In this document: piece after piece, positions 52,893 to 64,000 of the stretch
Numbering within the stretch: the stretch's first letter is position 1
How the letters are laid out: the number at the start of each line of letters is the position of its first letter
NCBI RefSeq assembly: GCF_026571515.1
Contig: NW_026858102.1
Span: 1 to 64,000 of the forward strand
Length of the DNA stretch: 64,000 nt
Source of the DNA: Ruditapes philippinarum
Lineage: Eukaryota
Direction: 5' to 3'
The notes under the pieces: generated by a model
The model's database searches: none
Told to the model about the DNA's origin: nothing
What the model saw: the letters and a program-made list of their open reading frames with translations, nothing else
Translations under genes and position numbers: made by a program

Positions 52893-55800
52893 ATGGAGAC
52901 ATCTGATACATTATTAAAAAGTATAATAGCTGCAGAGACACAATATTGTTCCCACAAGATAGAACGTAACTTGGTTTTCTTGCAGAGACAAATTGATGTG
53001 AGTATATACAGATAATGTTGTTGATTGTTTTATGTAATTAGTTTAGTTTATGCTAATTTATTTTAGTTTGATTGTGTTAGAAGCTATAAACTTATTGAAA
53101 CACTCTTGAATCTGTTCCTGAAACAAAACAATACTAAGCAGTGAGTGTAAAGTTTCTAACTTTCATGCTCACGGAAATAACGGCCAACCCCTAATAGGGT
53201 TTGAGTCCGCATGGCCAGCAATCCTCAAATGACTAGTCTGATCTGTTAACCATTCCGAGTGACTAGTCCACACCACCATTTTATGTAATTAGATTTGAAT
53301 CTTTATATACAGAATCTCTTGATATTTTTAAAATTTTTGTGTTTAATTTTATTTTATGAAAATTAAATATTGTTAACTACAATTTTTATAGAATTGAAGT
53401 ATTGTTTTGTCTTTCTTGTCAAAGTTGATAAATCCATTTTAAAGAAGAAAAAAAACTTTGTTGAATTTCTTTCTTATTCTGCCCATATTTGAATGGAAAC
53501 CTTTATAATCATATTATATACATGACATGTATCAGGATGAAAGGGCATTTTATGTAAAGCCAGCTTTAAAAAAAATCTTGGTTTTAACTTTCACTTTATT
53601 TTTTAACAAATCATTATTATTTTGATGCAATTAAATCAACATTATTTGAGCTTTGCTTACAATGTTATCCACATCATTTAACATTATCAGTATCTAATAT
53701 ATCCAGAAAATTTCAATATGATTTAAATTTCAATAAAGAGAAAATATATCATACAAAACATAACAAAATATATACATTTACATGTATGTTTATTGCAGAA
53801 TCTTATATTATGTTGTGTTTTTTTTTCAGGTGCTTATTAGCAAAACAAGTCGTGGATGTTCCTTGAAGTTCTTTAACCCTTCAAAGGTTCTAGCAGCAGA
53901 ATGTATAGCCTGTCTTGTAAACCTGGTGTCAGATCAAGCTACAAAACCTTCACTTCTACTCAAGTGTATTCTCCTCTTTAACAACCTTGGTACTTGCTTA
54001 TTATAATATTTTATCACACACATGTGTTTATATTCTGTAACTATGATTTGTAAGAGTTATACTGTATAACCCTTTCTGAAAGTTCAAAGATATTTAAGTT
54101 CTTAGTTTTACCTTTAACTTTTTCTTATGTTATAATTAAATGATTTTATTATTTACAAGATTAAGTGTTAAAACTTTTGGAATGAAAAACTTGTGTGAAA
54201 TATCAGGACTTTTTTCAAGAGGAAGGGCATTTTTCTTCAGTATGAGGAACAATAACACAGTATCTTTGTGAAAGGGGAAGAAAAAACCTGATGTAAATTT
54301 GATTTGAAGTGTTAAACAGAATATTTAATTTGGAAGATTATTTAGGGGAGGAGAGACACCTTTTTATTACATGCTTTTCGGTGGTTTATAGAAATATATC
54401 AGTGATATAAAACTGGTAATTTCACTGTTTTAAACAGTGAAATTATCAATTTGATAATTTCACTGTTTTGAATTTAAGCCCCTTACGTTGTTTTCAGTGA
54501 AATACCAGCGTGCACAGTACTGGGAACCAACTTAATGACGTGACATCGTAAATGACGTCACGTTTATTATCATTTGGCGCGCTTTTCATTCAGTAATAGG
54601 TTTAATGTCTCTTTAAAAGGTTTCTTTGCATATAATAAAAAGAAAATTTGTTTAGTTTAGTGTAAGATGGAAATATATTTCATCTTGTGAACACCAAAAG
54701 TTCATGTTTCACTTGTGACTGCGCCACTCGTGAAATATACCTTTTGGTGCTCACTCTGTGAAATATATTCCGATCTTACACTGAACTAAGCAAATATCTT
54801 CTATAACAACCCCTGCTCAGTGCTGTAGAAGGGCAAAAAGCTCTGAATAATGTACTGTGAAAATTTCAAACTTCTCAATCACATTGTATACTGTTTTAGT
54901 AATTTGTCAAAGAAGTTTATTTACACACATAAATGCTAAATTAAACATAACATTCATTCTTCATACTGTCATACATCATTCTTTCATATTTAGGTTCTTT
55001 GGGTATTATTCTTATCAAGATGATAATTGTTTGTGATATGAAATCTACACAAAGTTACTTTACAGATTTCAGACAATTAGAATAAAGTTTGGTGTCCTTT
55101 AATTAAAAAATATTTGATAATTTTTTGCAATAAACTTGCATTTTGCAGTTACAGACAATCATATTCGAGAATGTTTGCATGAAAAATTTCAACTGACCCC
55201 GGCCTTGGTTGGTGTTGTTGTCAACCATGGTGTATCCACTAGTGACACCCTTACTGCTGAGGTATATATCTTATTTCAATACAATATTTTGAATAATTGT
55301 GTATTTTACTTATTGTGCAAAATATATAATTGAATTTTAATTTAAAATTTAGTGTTAAAATTCATCAGATTTGATCTGATCTTTTTCTAGAAGCTGCCGT
55401 GTTATAATTACATGGTCACAATCAGGAGTGAGTTTTGAACAATTGTAGAAAGGCAGCAAATGTTTTGATTTAGAAATGTCTTAAACTCTTATGATGTTGA
55501 AATTTATGTATTTGTTTAAATATGAATAATTTCAACACATTTTAAGTCACATATCTTGGCAGTTGTTTCACCCTACAGGCTTCCCTGGATAACTAACCAG
55601 TAATGATAAATATCTGAGCTGGTCACGACAAAACCAACATAGTGCGTTTGCGCGACCAGCATGGATCCAGACCAGCCTGCGCATCCGTGCAGTCTGATCC
55701 ATGCTGTTCGCTATCAGTTTTCTCTACTTGTTAATAGAGTTAGTAAGCGAACAGCATGATCCTGATCAGACTGCGCAGATGCGCAGGCTGGTCTGGATCC

Positions 55801-58800
55801 ATGCTGGTCGCAAACACACTATGTTCGTTTTGTCGTGACACGGCTCAAATATTCATTAGACTTAACATCTGAGATCTATTGTCTTTTGAAAATTTTGCCT
55901 CACCTCATAAGTTGAACCAGCAATCCCTGGAATACAAATCTGATGTTCTCCCTATAGAGGTAAATGGGCAGACTGAGATATTTAGAGAATGAAAACGAAA
56001 TAGCTATGATATCATTCCTAAACTTTGAATGTACCCAATTACATTGTATTATTGTTTAAAATTTTGTAATATCTAATTGTTTATATTTCAGGCAATGCAG
56101 TTACTTCAGAAAGTAACATATGGTCACAGAATCAGTTTCCAGGAATTTTATATGGAAGATCTAGTCAGATTTCTGTTAAGGAATATGTAAGTCAGCATTT
56201 TACATACTACTTAAATCATGAACTATTTATTATAAGAATGACCAGTCCAAATCACAAATAAAGATTCAGACTAAGCAGACTAGATCCAGCAATGTGGGAT
56301 CTTCAGTTTGATTTTGAAATTGAAAATTTACTTTTCAAAAATTTAAAAGACATCACAAGTACAATTTCTGTAAGAAAAATATATTTTGATATTTAAAACA
56401 AAAGTAAAGCATATGTAAAACTTTTTGGTTTGTTTAGTGTGCATTAAATTAAATTGGACATACATGACACCAAGTTCATGAAGATTAGATACCTTCTACA
56501 GTAAATTGGTGCACTTAACCATCTCAACTTTGTCTTTCTGCTTTTCTCTTACATATTTAGATTTTTTTTAAGCCTGAAGACAAAAACTACATGTATTCTA
56601 TTACTACAATGAACAGATCTTATCCTCACTGATAAACACTGAAGTTTTTGTTTAAAATGAAACAATATAATATGATATTTCAGTGTATCCCCAGCAACAG
56701 GTCTGACTCAACCAGCAATGGGAATTATGGTGAATCTTACAAGAGACAATTTCTCTGTGCAGTCATACATTAGAAATAATGTAAGTAATTAGAGAAAATT
56801 GTTACGTAATTTTTGCTTTCTTTTAAGATTTTATAGTTAGTTAAGAATGCAAGGTCATTTATTATAAGCTTTTTGGATTTTAAGTGTAAATATGTTTAGA
56901 AATTTGAAACTACAGCTGTCTGTATATTAACTCAACTGTCAAATGCTATACATGTAATTACATTAATTAAATAAGCATTTACTTAGAAACTGTTTGTTTC
57001 AGTTCAATTGTGAAGAAAGATTAGAGCTTATTTGTACCATATTATTTTATAGTCCATACCTAGAAATAACAAGTAAAAATAGTGGTTATCTGAGTAGGAC
57101 TAGAATTAACATGTCTTGAATTGAAAACACTCATATGAAACTGTTATGATATAATAATGTTGCCGTTACTGTATATTTATCTGTACATGTGAAACATTGC
57201 CTCCTGACTAACTCTTAAGTAAGGCATACCTTAATATGGCAAGATGGAGATAGTTAAGTTATTGCATTTAAACAATATAGAGGTTTGTTTATTCTGGGAT
57301 ATGTTATTCTTTTTAACATTTACAAATTCACTTTAATAACTTTGCAATATTTCACAACTGAAATAAACTCATGTAAACATATCTGCCATATTTCACAATT
57401 AAAAATAAATTCACATAAATTTTTTTGCATATTTAACAATTGCAAAAATATTGTATAATGTATATTTTTATGACAGGAAAACACCAAGGAACTTGCAAGG
57501 ACTCTAATCAAGTTGCTAGGAGACCAAGCTCAGAATACATTACTGTTTTCCCTTACACTGTTGCTGAATGTTTGTCCATTAGAGAAAATGGCATCAAAGG
57601 TAATGTATATGAAATTATATGCCATTAGTTTGTTTTGTTACCATAGCCATTAAAGGTTTTAGAAGTTGAAATTTTGATTTTATAAAAATTTTGCTACTTT
57701 TGATAATAATATGTTAGTTTTCATTCCGTTATAATTTGCTTTGAAAATCTAACTAAATCCAGCATATGACCCTTACGCTGAAACATAAACAAAAAGATAT
57801 TTTAAAGGCTTCATAGGAAAGGTAGTGGAGGGTCAAGTAGGATATGATTTTAATGAGATTGAGATTAAATGATCGGTCTGGCATTTTACTTGTATCAATG
57901 GCAGCTCATTTTCACTTCTGTTTTAAAAGAATTTTCTGCATTGTTTTCTTTCATTTTTGTGTGTAATAATATTAATGTAACTACGAGGGCTGTTCAAAAA
58001 GTTTGTGGAATGCGGCTCTACTGTTCACATCTTTTAATTTGCGTATATGATTTTACAAGAAACATATATGAAAATATGTCCTTAATAAACAGTGAAAAAA
58101 TCAATACAATATGTTAACAAATAAAAATTATGTGACAGTTACAAATCACAAGGGGTGCACAATCCGGCGCACGCTGATGATGAAACAAAATGACGTTTGT
58201 GACGTCGCAATATAAATGAAACATTTTACCAGCGTCATTGTTTCTGAAATTACTCTTTTTAGTGTTCAATATCTACGGATCATATACCAAAACCATTTTT
58301 CTGTTTGCGATGATGACCCGAGATATAAAGTGGTCATCTTTTCGCTCCATTCTCCGTATAAAGGTCCGAGTGCCGCATACTTTCCGCTCTTTATCGGGAC
58401 TTTTAAGTAATTTAGACACTAAACGAACAGTGTTATTAAGTTAATTCAATTGTTGATTCATAGTATCAATTTGAAACCGCCCTCGTCCGATCTTTAAACA
58501 ATATGATTATCGATGATATCAACTGACAATTATTCTATGCGGTAAATCTACTGAACACCGGCTAGCATTAATTATCAAACGGACCAGGGTAAATACAGGA
58601 AATACAAATAATAACTACAAGTATTTGTTGTAAATACGCATATATCCTGATGAATGAAATAAAATATTATTTTAATTAAATTAAATTGTTTTGTCAGAAT
58701 TGAATGCATAGACCCGATGCAGAAATTAAACATGTCGGACATCTCGCAAAACTGTCAAAATGCCTGAACTTCTGTAGATCTTTTGCAATTGACGTTACAA

Positions 58801-61800
58801 ACGTCCCAACAATTTGCCGCTAAAATTATTCATCGCCCTTTCTGTCTGTGAGCATGTATTTGCCGTATTTGAATCGCTTGCGCGACCTGAAACCAAGAGA
58901 CTTGCTCGACAACTCATTGTTTTTCGTTAATTGAATCACCTTATAAAAATATAAAGGAGTATACCACATTTATTGGTAAAAAATTCCGAAAGAGCGAATT
59001 TCTAGTTTTTAAACGGGGTTTATACTTCCCAACTTACCCGTCTGTCTACTGCTGCTCAAAACTTGTTTGTTCAGCTATTCAACGTCCAAACGACGCCAAA
59101 AGTCAGATTTATGTCATTTAAATATTAATAGATGATTACGTGTGTTTAACTTCATAAAACAATCATTTAATTTGTTTCAACATTTGTTTATATTTAAACA
59201 CTATATGAAAATTTCGGCGTGCGCCGATGTTGCGTTGCCATGGTTATTAAAGTGCACAAAACTCGTAAAGGAAATAAAAGTTAACAATAAAAGTAAATCT
59301 TACTTTTGAAAATAAAGACAATCTTTCGATTCATATCCACTAAGGGTGTTTTTATGAACCAAGTAAAAAATGACAGCAAAAATCCACGAACTTTTTGAAC
59401 ATACCTCGTATTGTTACAATTTTATTCCAGTTTTACAATGAAACAAACGTACCGCAGACATTTCAAATGATATTTAATGTGTTAATTGATGGTACAGGAG
59501 ACACAAGGAGATATGCTGTTGATCTCTTTAGAGATATTCTAAAGAGCCCACAACATCAAAAGAGTTTAGCAAAGTAAGTCTTGAATTTCTATTTTCATGT
59601 CATATTTATGAATGATACACAATTGGAATTTCTGCAACTACATGTAGTTAGTAATGTTTTTATATGGCTTTATTTATGGCATTCTGTTTAAAATAGTATA
59701 TAGATGTTTAAAAAAGAAATCTCACCAATTGTGGCCACCTCATTTGGTATATGTCATAAAAATCTATTCTTTTAGTGATGCCCTTTAAGGTTTAGCAAAC
59801 AAAAAATCATAAATTATCATAGTTTTTTTCCCTGAAATTTTAGAGAATACAGTTTTTTCCCTCTTAGTTTGCAGTACATCCCACAAATATCAATTAAGAA
59901 GTAAAATATGCTATTTTTTCCCCTCTGAATTGAGACAAAAATGTCATAAACCACATGATATGTCTTCACTACAAAAGTTTTGTATTGAAATTAAAATATG
60001 ATTTAAAAATTAAATAAATGGTAAAATTCTTATAATTTTATAATAAGGTTTTATTAATTAAACTTGTGAACTTTTATAAATTACTTTTTCCAAGCTCAGA
60101 CTTGAAGAAAACCAGGGGTTCCGAATGCACCGTATAATGCTGCTTTGTATTTCTGTTACAGTTATGAGTACCTAGGAACCTGTGTGGAGCAGACATTAAA
60201 CTTGTTATGTACAAGTTCTCATGAATCTGTTTTAAAAGTAAGGTTTTTTCTTGTTTTTTTTTGTAAAGAAATTTAAAATAGAACTAAACAAACTGTAGAA
60301 TTAACATTACTATTTTGCTTTGTTAACTTTAATTACAGATTGTTTAAACCGCAGATCAGTGGTGTTAACTGTCAATAGATAATGCATTCATGAAAATCAT
60401 ACTTCATAAAAATGTTTAGGGTGTATAATAAATTTATAAGTATTCATACGTATGTGACACTTGCTTTTTTTGACACATTGAAATATATCTTTTATAGATA
60501 GTAAAGCTAGGTTAAATTTCCAATACCTTTACTTTTTGAACTCTGACTGTTCATATAAAATAGTATTTCATTTTCTTGGACAAAGTTTGCTTTAAATATT
60601 GTGGGTTTTTTCTTATCTCCATATGTAAAAATAAAATTGAAAAATTGTTGTATTTAATACAAGGTATTTTGCAAAAAAAAAAAAAATATAAAGCAAAGCA
60701 GTTTTATCATTGAATTGCATACTAGTAAAAGATTTTCTTATCATAAATAATTTATACCATTCATATATTCTGAAAAATCATCTGTTTTATGGATAATTAA
60801 AATACATCTTTATATTTCAGGTTTTTGAGTTTCTACAGATTCTGTGTCGGGTAGAAGGTGTACGTAGAGTAGTGTGTAAAGCAATGTTCGCAACATTCCA
60901 CATACAGGACCTGTCACAGTTTGCTAGTCTTGTACAAACACCTTTAAGCAGGATACCTGACCCCCTTCTTGCCACAATACACTGGGCGGGGCAGTCTACA
61001 GATACCCAGGGGCTGGCCCCGCTGGGTGCTTTTGACCTTTTAATAGAGGTGTATGAAGAACAGGTATTTTCTCACAGTAAGATGCACTATGAGAAACACG
61101 TGGCGGCCATTTTGCCAACTGCCCATCACACACTGCAGACAACATTAGAGGGAGATAATCTGACTATAGAGAGAAGATGTTCCGCATTAGTGAGATGTGT
61201 GAAACTGCTTTTAAGTATCCTTTGCAGTAATGAATAATTGGTCTTGAATGTGGTGTGGTCTTATGTAGGTTTTGAACTTAAAACTGGCTTGTTATGCTTA
61301 AAAGTAGACCAACTCTTCACAATGCTTGTCCTATTTTCATTATAGATATAAATTTTTAAGAAAACATCCTAAAATCAAAAGGAATGGTAAAGGTTTTAAG
61401 TGATGGAGAGAAAAGCAGAAAGTGTGTGTCAAATTACTCCAGTCTTGCCATTTTTTATGAATTTTATCTTGACTCTTTTAACAGAATTTCAGAGTAGATA
61501 GGTATTGTATTTTTATGCTCCACGAAAAATTTCGGGGGAGGATATGGTCGGCGCCTTGTCCATCCATCTGTCCGTCCGTTGTCTTGTCCGGAGCATAACT
61601 TGAAAACCCTTGGAGATAATTTGTTTAAACTTCATACAGCGGTAGAGGGCATTGAGGGGGAGTGCAGTGTCAAGGAACCATAACTCTATTTTGCCCGGTT
61701 TTTGAATTATCTCCCCTTATAGAAAAATCTTGTTCGGAACATAACTCTAAAACTATAAGAGATATCAACATGAAACTTTGTAAGTGAATAGATCTCAATG

Positions 61801-64000
61801 GGTAGATGTGCAGTGCATAAGAACAATAACTCTTTTTTTTCCCTAATTTTGGAGTTATTGCCCTTTGTTAATTTAACACTTTGAACTTTGTCCGGAACAT
61901 AACTCTAAAACTGTAAGAGATAGCAAGATGAAACATTGTAGGTGGATAGATCTCATTGAGTAGAAGTGCAATGCAAAAGAAACATAGCTCTGTTAAGCCT
62001 CATCTTTTAATTATCTCCCCTTTTAGAAAATTCTTGTCCAGGACATAGCTGTAAAATTATAAGAGATATCAACATGAAACTTTGTAGGTAGATATATCTC
62101 AATGGATAGATGTGCAGTGCACAAGAATGATAACTCTGCCGAATTATGGAGTTATTGCCCTTTGTTTATTTTTACTTTTTGAACTTTGTCTGGGAAATTA
62201 CTCTAAAATTATAAGATATATCAACATGAAACTTTGTTGGTAGATTGATCTCATTGAGTAAAGGTGCAGTACAATAAAACCATAACTCTGTTTTGCCCAT
62301 TTTTTTAATTATCTCCCCTTTTGAAAAAATCTTGTTTGGGAAATAACTCTAAATCTACAAGAGATATCAACATGAAAATTTGTAAGTAGATGGATCTCAA
62401 TGGGTAGATGTGCAGTGCACAAGAACTTGAACTCTGCCTTGCCAAATTTTGTAGTAATTGCCCTTTGTTCATTTTTACATTTTGAAGTTGTCCGGGTCAT
62501 AACTAGGAAACCATAAGAGATATCATCAAGAAACTTTGTAGGTTAATAGATCGCATTGATTAGAAGTGTGATGCAAAGAACAGTAACTCTGCCTTGCCTT
62601 ATTTTGGAATAATTGCACTTTGAACTTTTTCCAGGAGCATTATTCTGAAACTACAAGAGTTGTTCTTTCCTGTGTCCAAAACCTATTTGGGGAGCATCAC
62701 CCGGCTCAACCGGGCTCTTGTTTAACTTTGTAGGGAGTTGTAAGCTTTTATATGTTCAGACAAGCAATTTAAATTGAGACCTTTCAGTAATCTGTTTCAT
62801 ATATACATCAAGTTATTTAAGTTGTTTATGTTTTATATCAAGTTTTAAAATTGAGTTTAGGGATATGCTATATATACATTTATTCAAGCTTAGATCTTTA
62901 TGAATTTAAAAAAAAACAAAAAACAAAATCAAAAAAAAATACTAAAACTACATGAATTTTAAAAAAGACACACTAAAAAAATAATGTTTTTTCACCACAC
63001 ATGAATATGATTACCTTAATAATGACCAGCATTTTGTCATGATGACACACTTCTGACCCTGATATCTAAACAGACAGATGCTAACTTGTTGTCCAAGTTA
63101 CTGCTCTTCCAGTTTGACAACAATACTAAAGCTTTGTCCCCCGATATAACCCCACCCTCAGATGACTGGAGGTATAGTATACATTTTTACTTTTCAGTAC
63201 TGAAATATCTAAACAAATATTTTCTATAAACTCAATACTAAACTTGTAAAGTATAAGTTAAAGTTGAGTTATGTAATGAATTTAGTATATTTCATTTGCA
63301 TAAAAAAATGAGAGTTAAAAGAGACAGTAGAAGTAAATATGGGTAATTTCATTCAAATCATGGGTATCAAATGTAGGAGTACAAAATCAGCCAGACAGGG
63401 TAAATCTAGGTTTTTGTCTGGCACATTGTTTTCATTGAGTCAATGTATCTTACACTATTGATCTGCAACACTTTGTTAAAAACTGATCCTAAATTATCAT
63501 GACAAACAAGGTAGATATTGGCTACAGTTGTGTATGTTTCATGAAGAAGTATTTGTATTGATGGCAGATTTTGTAAAGATGTGTGGGTTGTTTTGTCGTA
63601 TATTTATTACTAGCTCACATTATAATCTTTAAAGCAGCATTCTTCCAGATTTATGCTAATTTATATTAAAATTTTGTAAATGTATTTAAAAGTAAAATAT
63701 TGTGGAAGTAATTTACACATTGCAAACAGCACTTACAATTCACAAAAAATTACCAAAAAAGGTCGAAATATGCAAAAGTAGCCATCAACTATGTTAGTCA
63801 TGCTGTAGAAATAAAGTGATAAATACTGCAAAATCAGTCAATAACATATAAATTATTACTTGAACCTTGAACAGTTTCTACTTTTCTTACAATTTTAGTA
63901 CATTTGTTGCTCAAAATTTGATATTCTTGGAATAGTTTTGCTCATTTAGGGGCATGCAGCTTTCATATGAAACTGTTTTGAATGTTTTGTTTCAGTGATG
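52893..64000 (+). CDS. CIP2A: Cancerous inhibitor of PP2A (KIAA1524) orthologue, N-terminal armadillo-like region; continues beyond the window
   Basis: In-phase exons 52893-52997, 53830-53989, 55149-55261, 56092-56186, 56684-56780, 57477-57599, 59431-59573, 60162-60237, 60821-61214, 63030-63171 and 63996 onward. The peptides AECIACLVNL, QLLQKVTY, NLTRDNFSVQSYI, NVPQTFQMIFNVLIDGTGDTRRYAVDL and LLTFCHDDTL correspond to vertebrate CIP2A as I recall it. Confidence 0.92.
53090..53255 (-). mobile_element. Degenerate SINE (CORE/V-like body) in the intron after the first CIP2A coding exon
   Basis: gtaaagtttct...gctcacggaaataacggc followed by a tRNA-like head remnant (gggtttgagtcc). Confidence 0.55.
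54361..54804. mobile_element. Non-autonomous element with internal palindromes (Crypton-like, tentative)
   Basis: Hairpins atttcactgttttaaacagtgaaat and ttcacttgtg-actgcg-ccactcgtgaa; no TSD found. Confidence 0.5.
55616..55846. mobile_element. Palindromic MITE (Sola-like), copy 5, in CIP2A intron 3
   Basis: Family match with small indels; appears to be inserted into an older degenerate SINE-like sequence (about 55530-55975). Confidence 0.88.
57984..59408. mobile_element. Non-autonomous mariner-type DNA transposon in CIP2A intron 6
   Basis: TA TSD on both sides; ~26-bp TIRs CGAGGGCTGTTCAAAAAGTTTGTGGA and TCCACGAACTTTTTGAACATACCTCG; no transposase ORF. Confidence 0.88.
61215..63029 (+). other. 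U12-type (minor spliceosome) GT-AG intron in CIP2A
   Basis: The 5' site is GTATCCTTT (61215-61223). A branch-point-like TACCTTAAT (63012-63020) lies just before the CAG at 63027-63029, with no polypyrimidine tract. Splicing here restores the frame LLL-T-FCHDDTL. Confidence 0.9.
61510..62722 (+). mobile_element. Full-length HINE with ~150-bp tandem array, inside the U12 intron
   Basis: 5' TTTTATGCTCC, (GTCC)n, about seven tandem units, 3' GGGGAGCAT subterminal repeat, CCCGG-CTCAA-CCGGG hairpin and CTCTTGTT end. Confidence 0.88.

Overview
AT-rich eukaryotic genomic DNA with spliceosomal introns. The repeat families (Helentron-associated HINEs, tRNA-SINEs, palindromic MITEs) suggest a bivalve mollusc, which is an inference. 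Genes reconstructed by hand from splice sites and reading frame: (1) two tandem minus-strand CYP4-clan cytochrome P450 paralogues, one complete (11 exons, 511 aa) and one running off the left edge; (2) a plus-strand, probably secreted PAN/apple-like protein with about four copies of an unnamed ~115-aa domain, broken by two 1-bp homopolymer frameshifts; (3) two tandem porimin/CD164-type mucin membrane proteins; (4) the 5' part of CIP2A, which contains a clear U12-type (minor spliceosome) intron. The rest is dense transposon debris: an L2-like LINE, a pogo-like relic, a mariner-type element, Sola-like hairpin MITEs, HINEs and SINEs. The most unusual observations are two 27-30 bp palindromic inserts with 7-bp TSDs that resemble P-element-type excision footprints, three different 8-bp-TSD foldback-type elements packed into 3.6 kb upstream of the CIP2A start, a minisatellite made of tRNA B-boxes, and exon-specific divergence between the P450 paralogues. 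I see no convincing novel multi-gene system. There is one N gap and two stretches that look like low-quality assembly.
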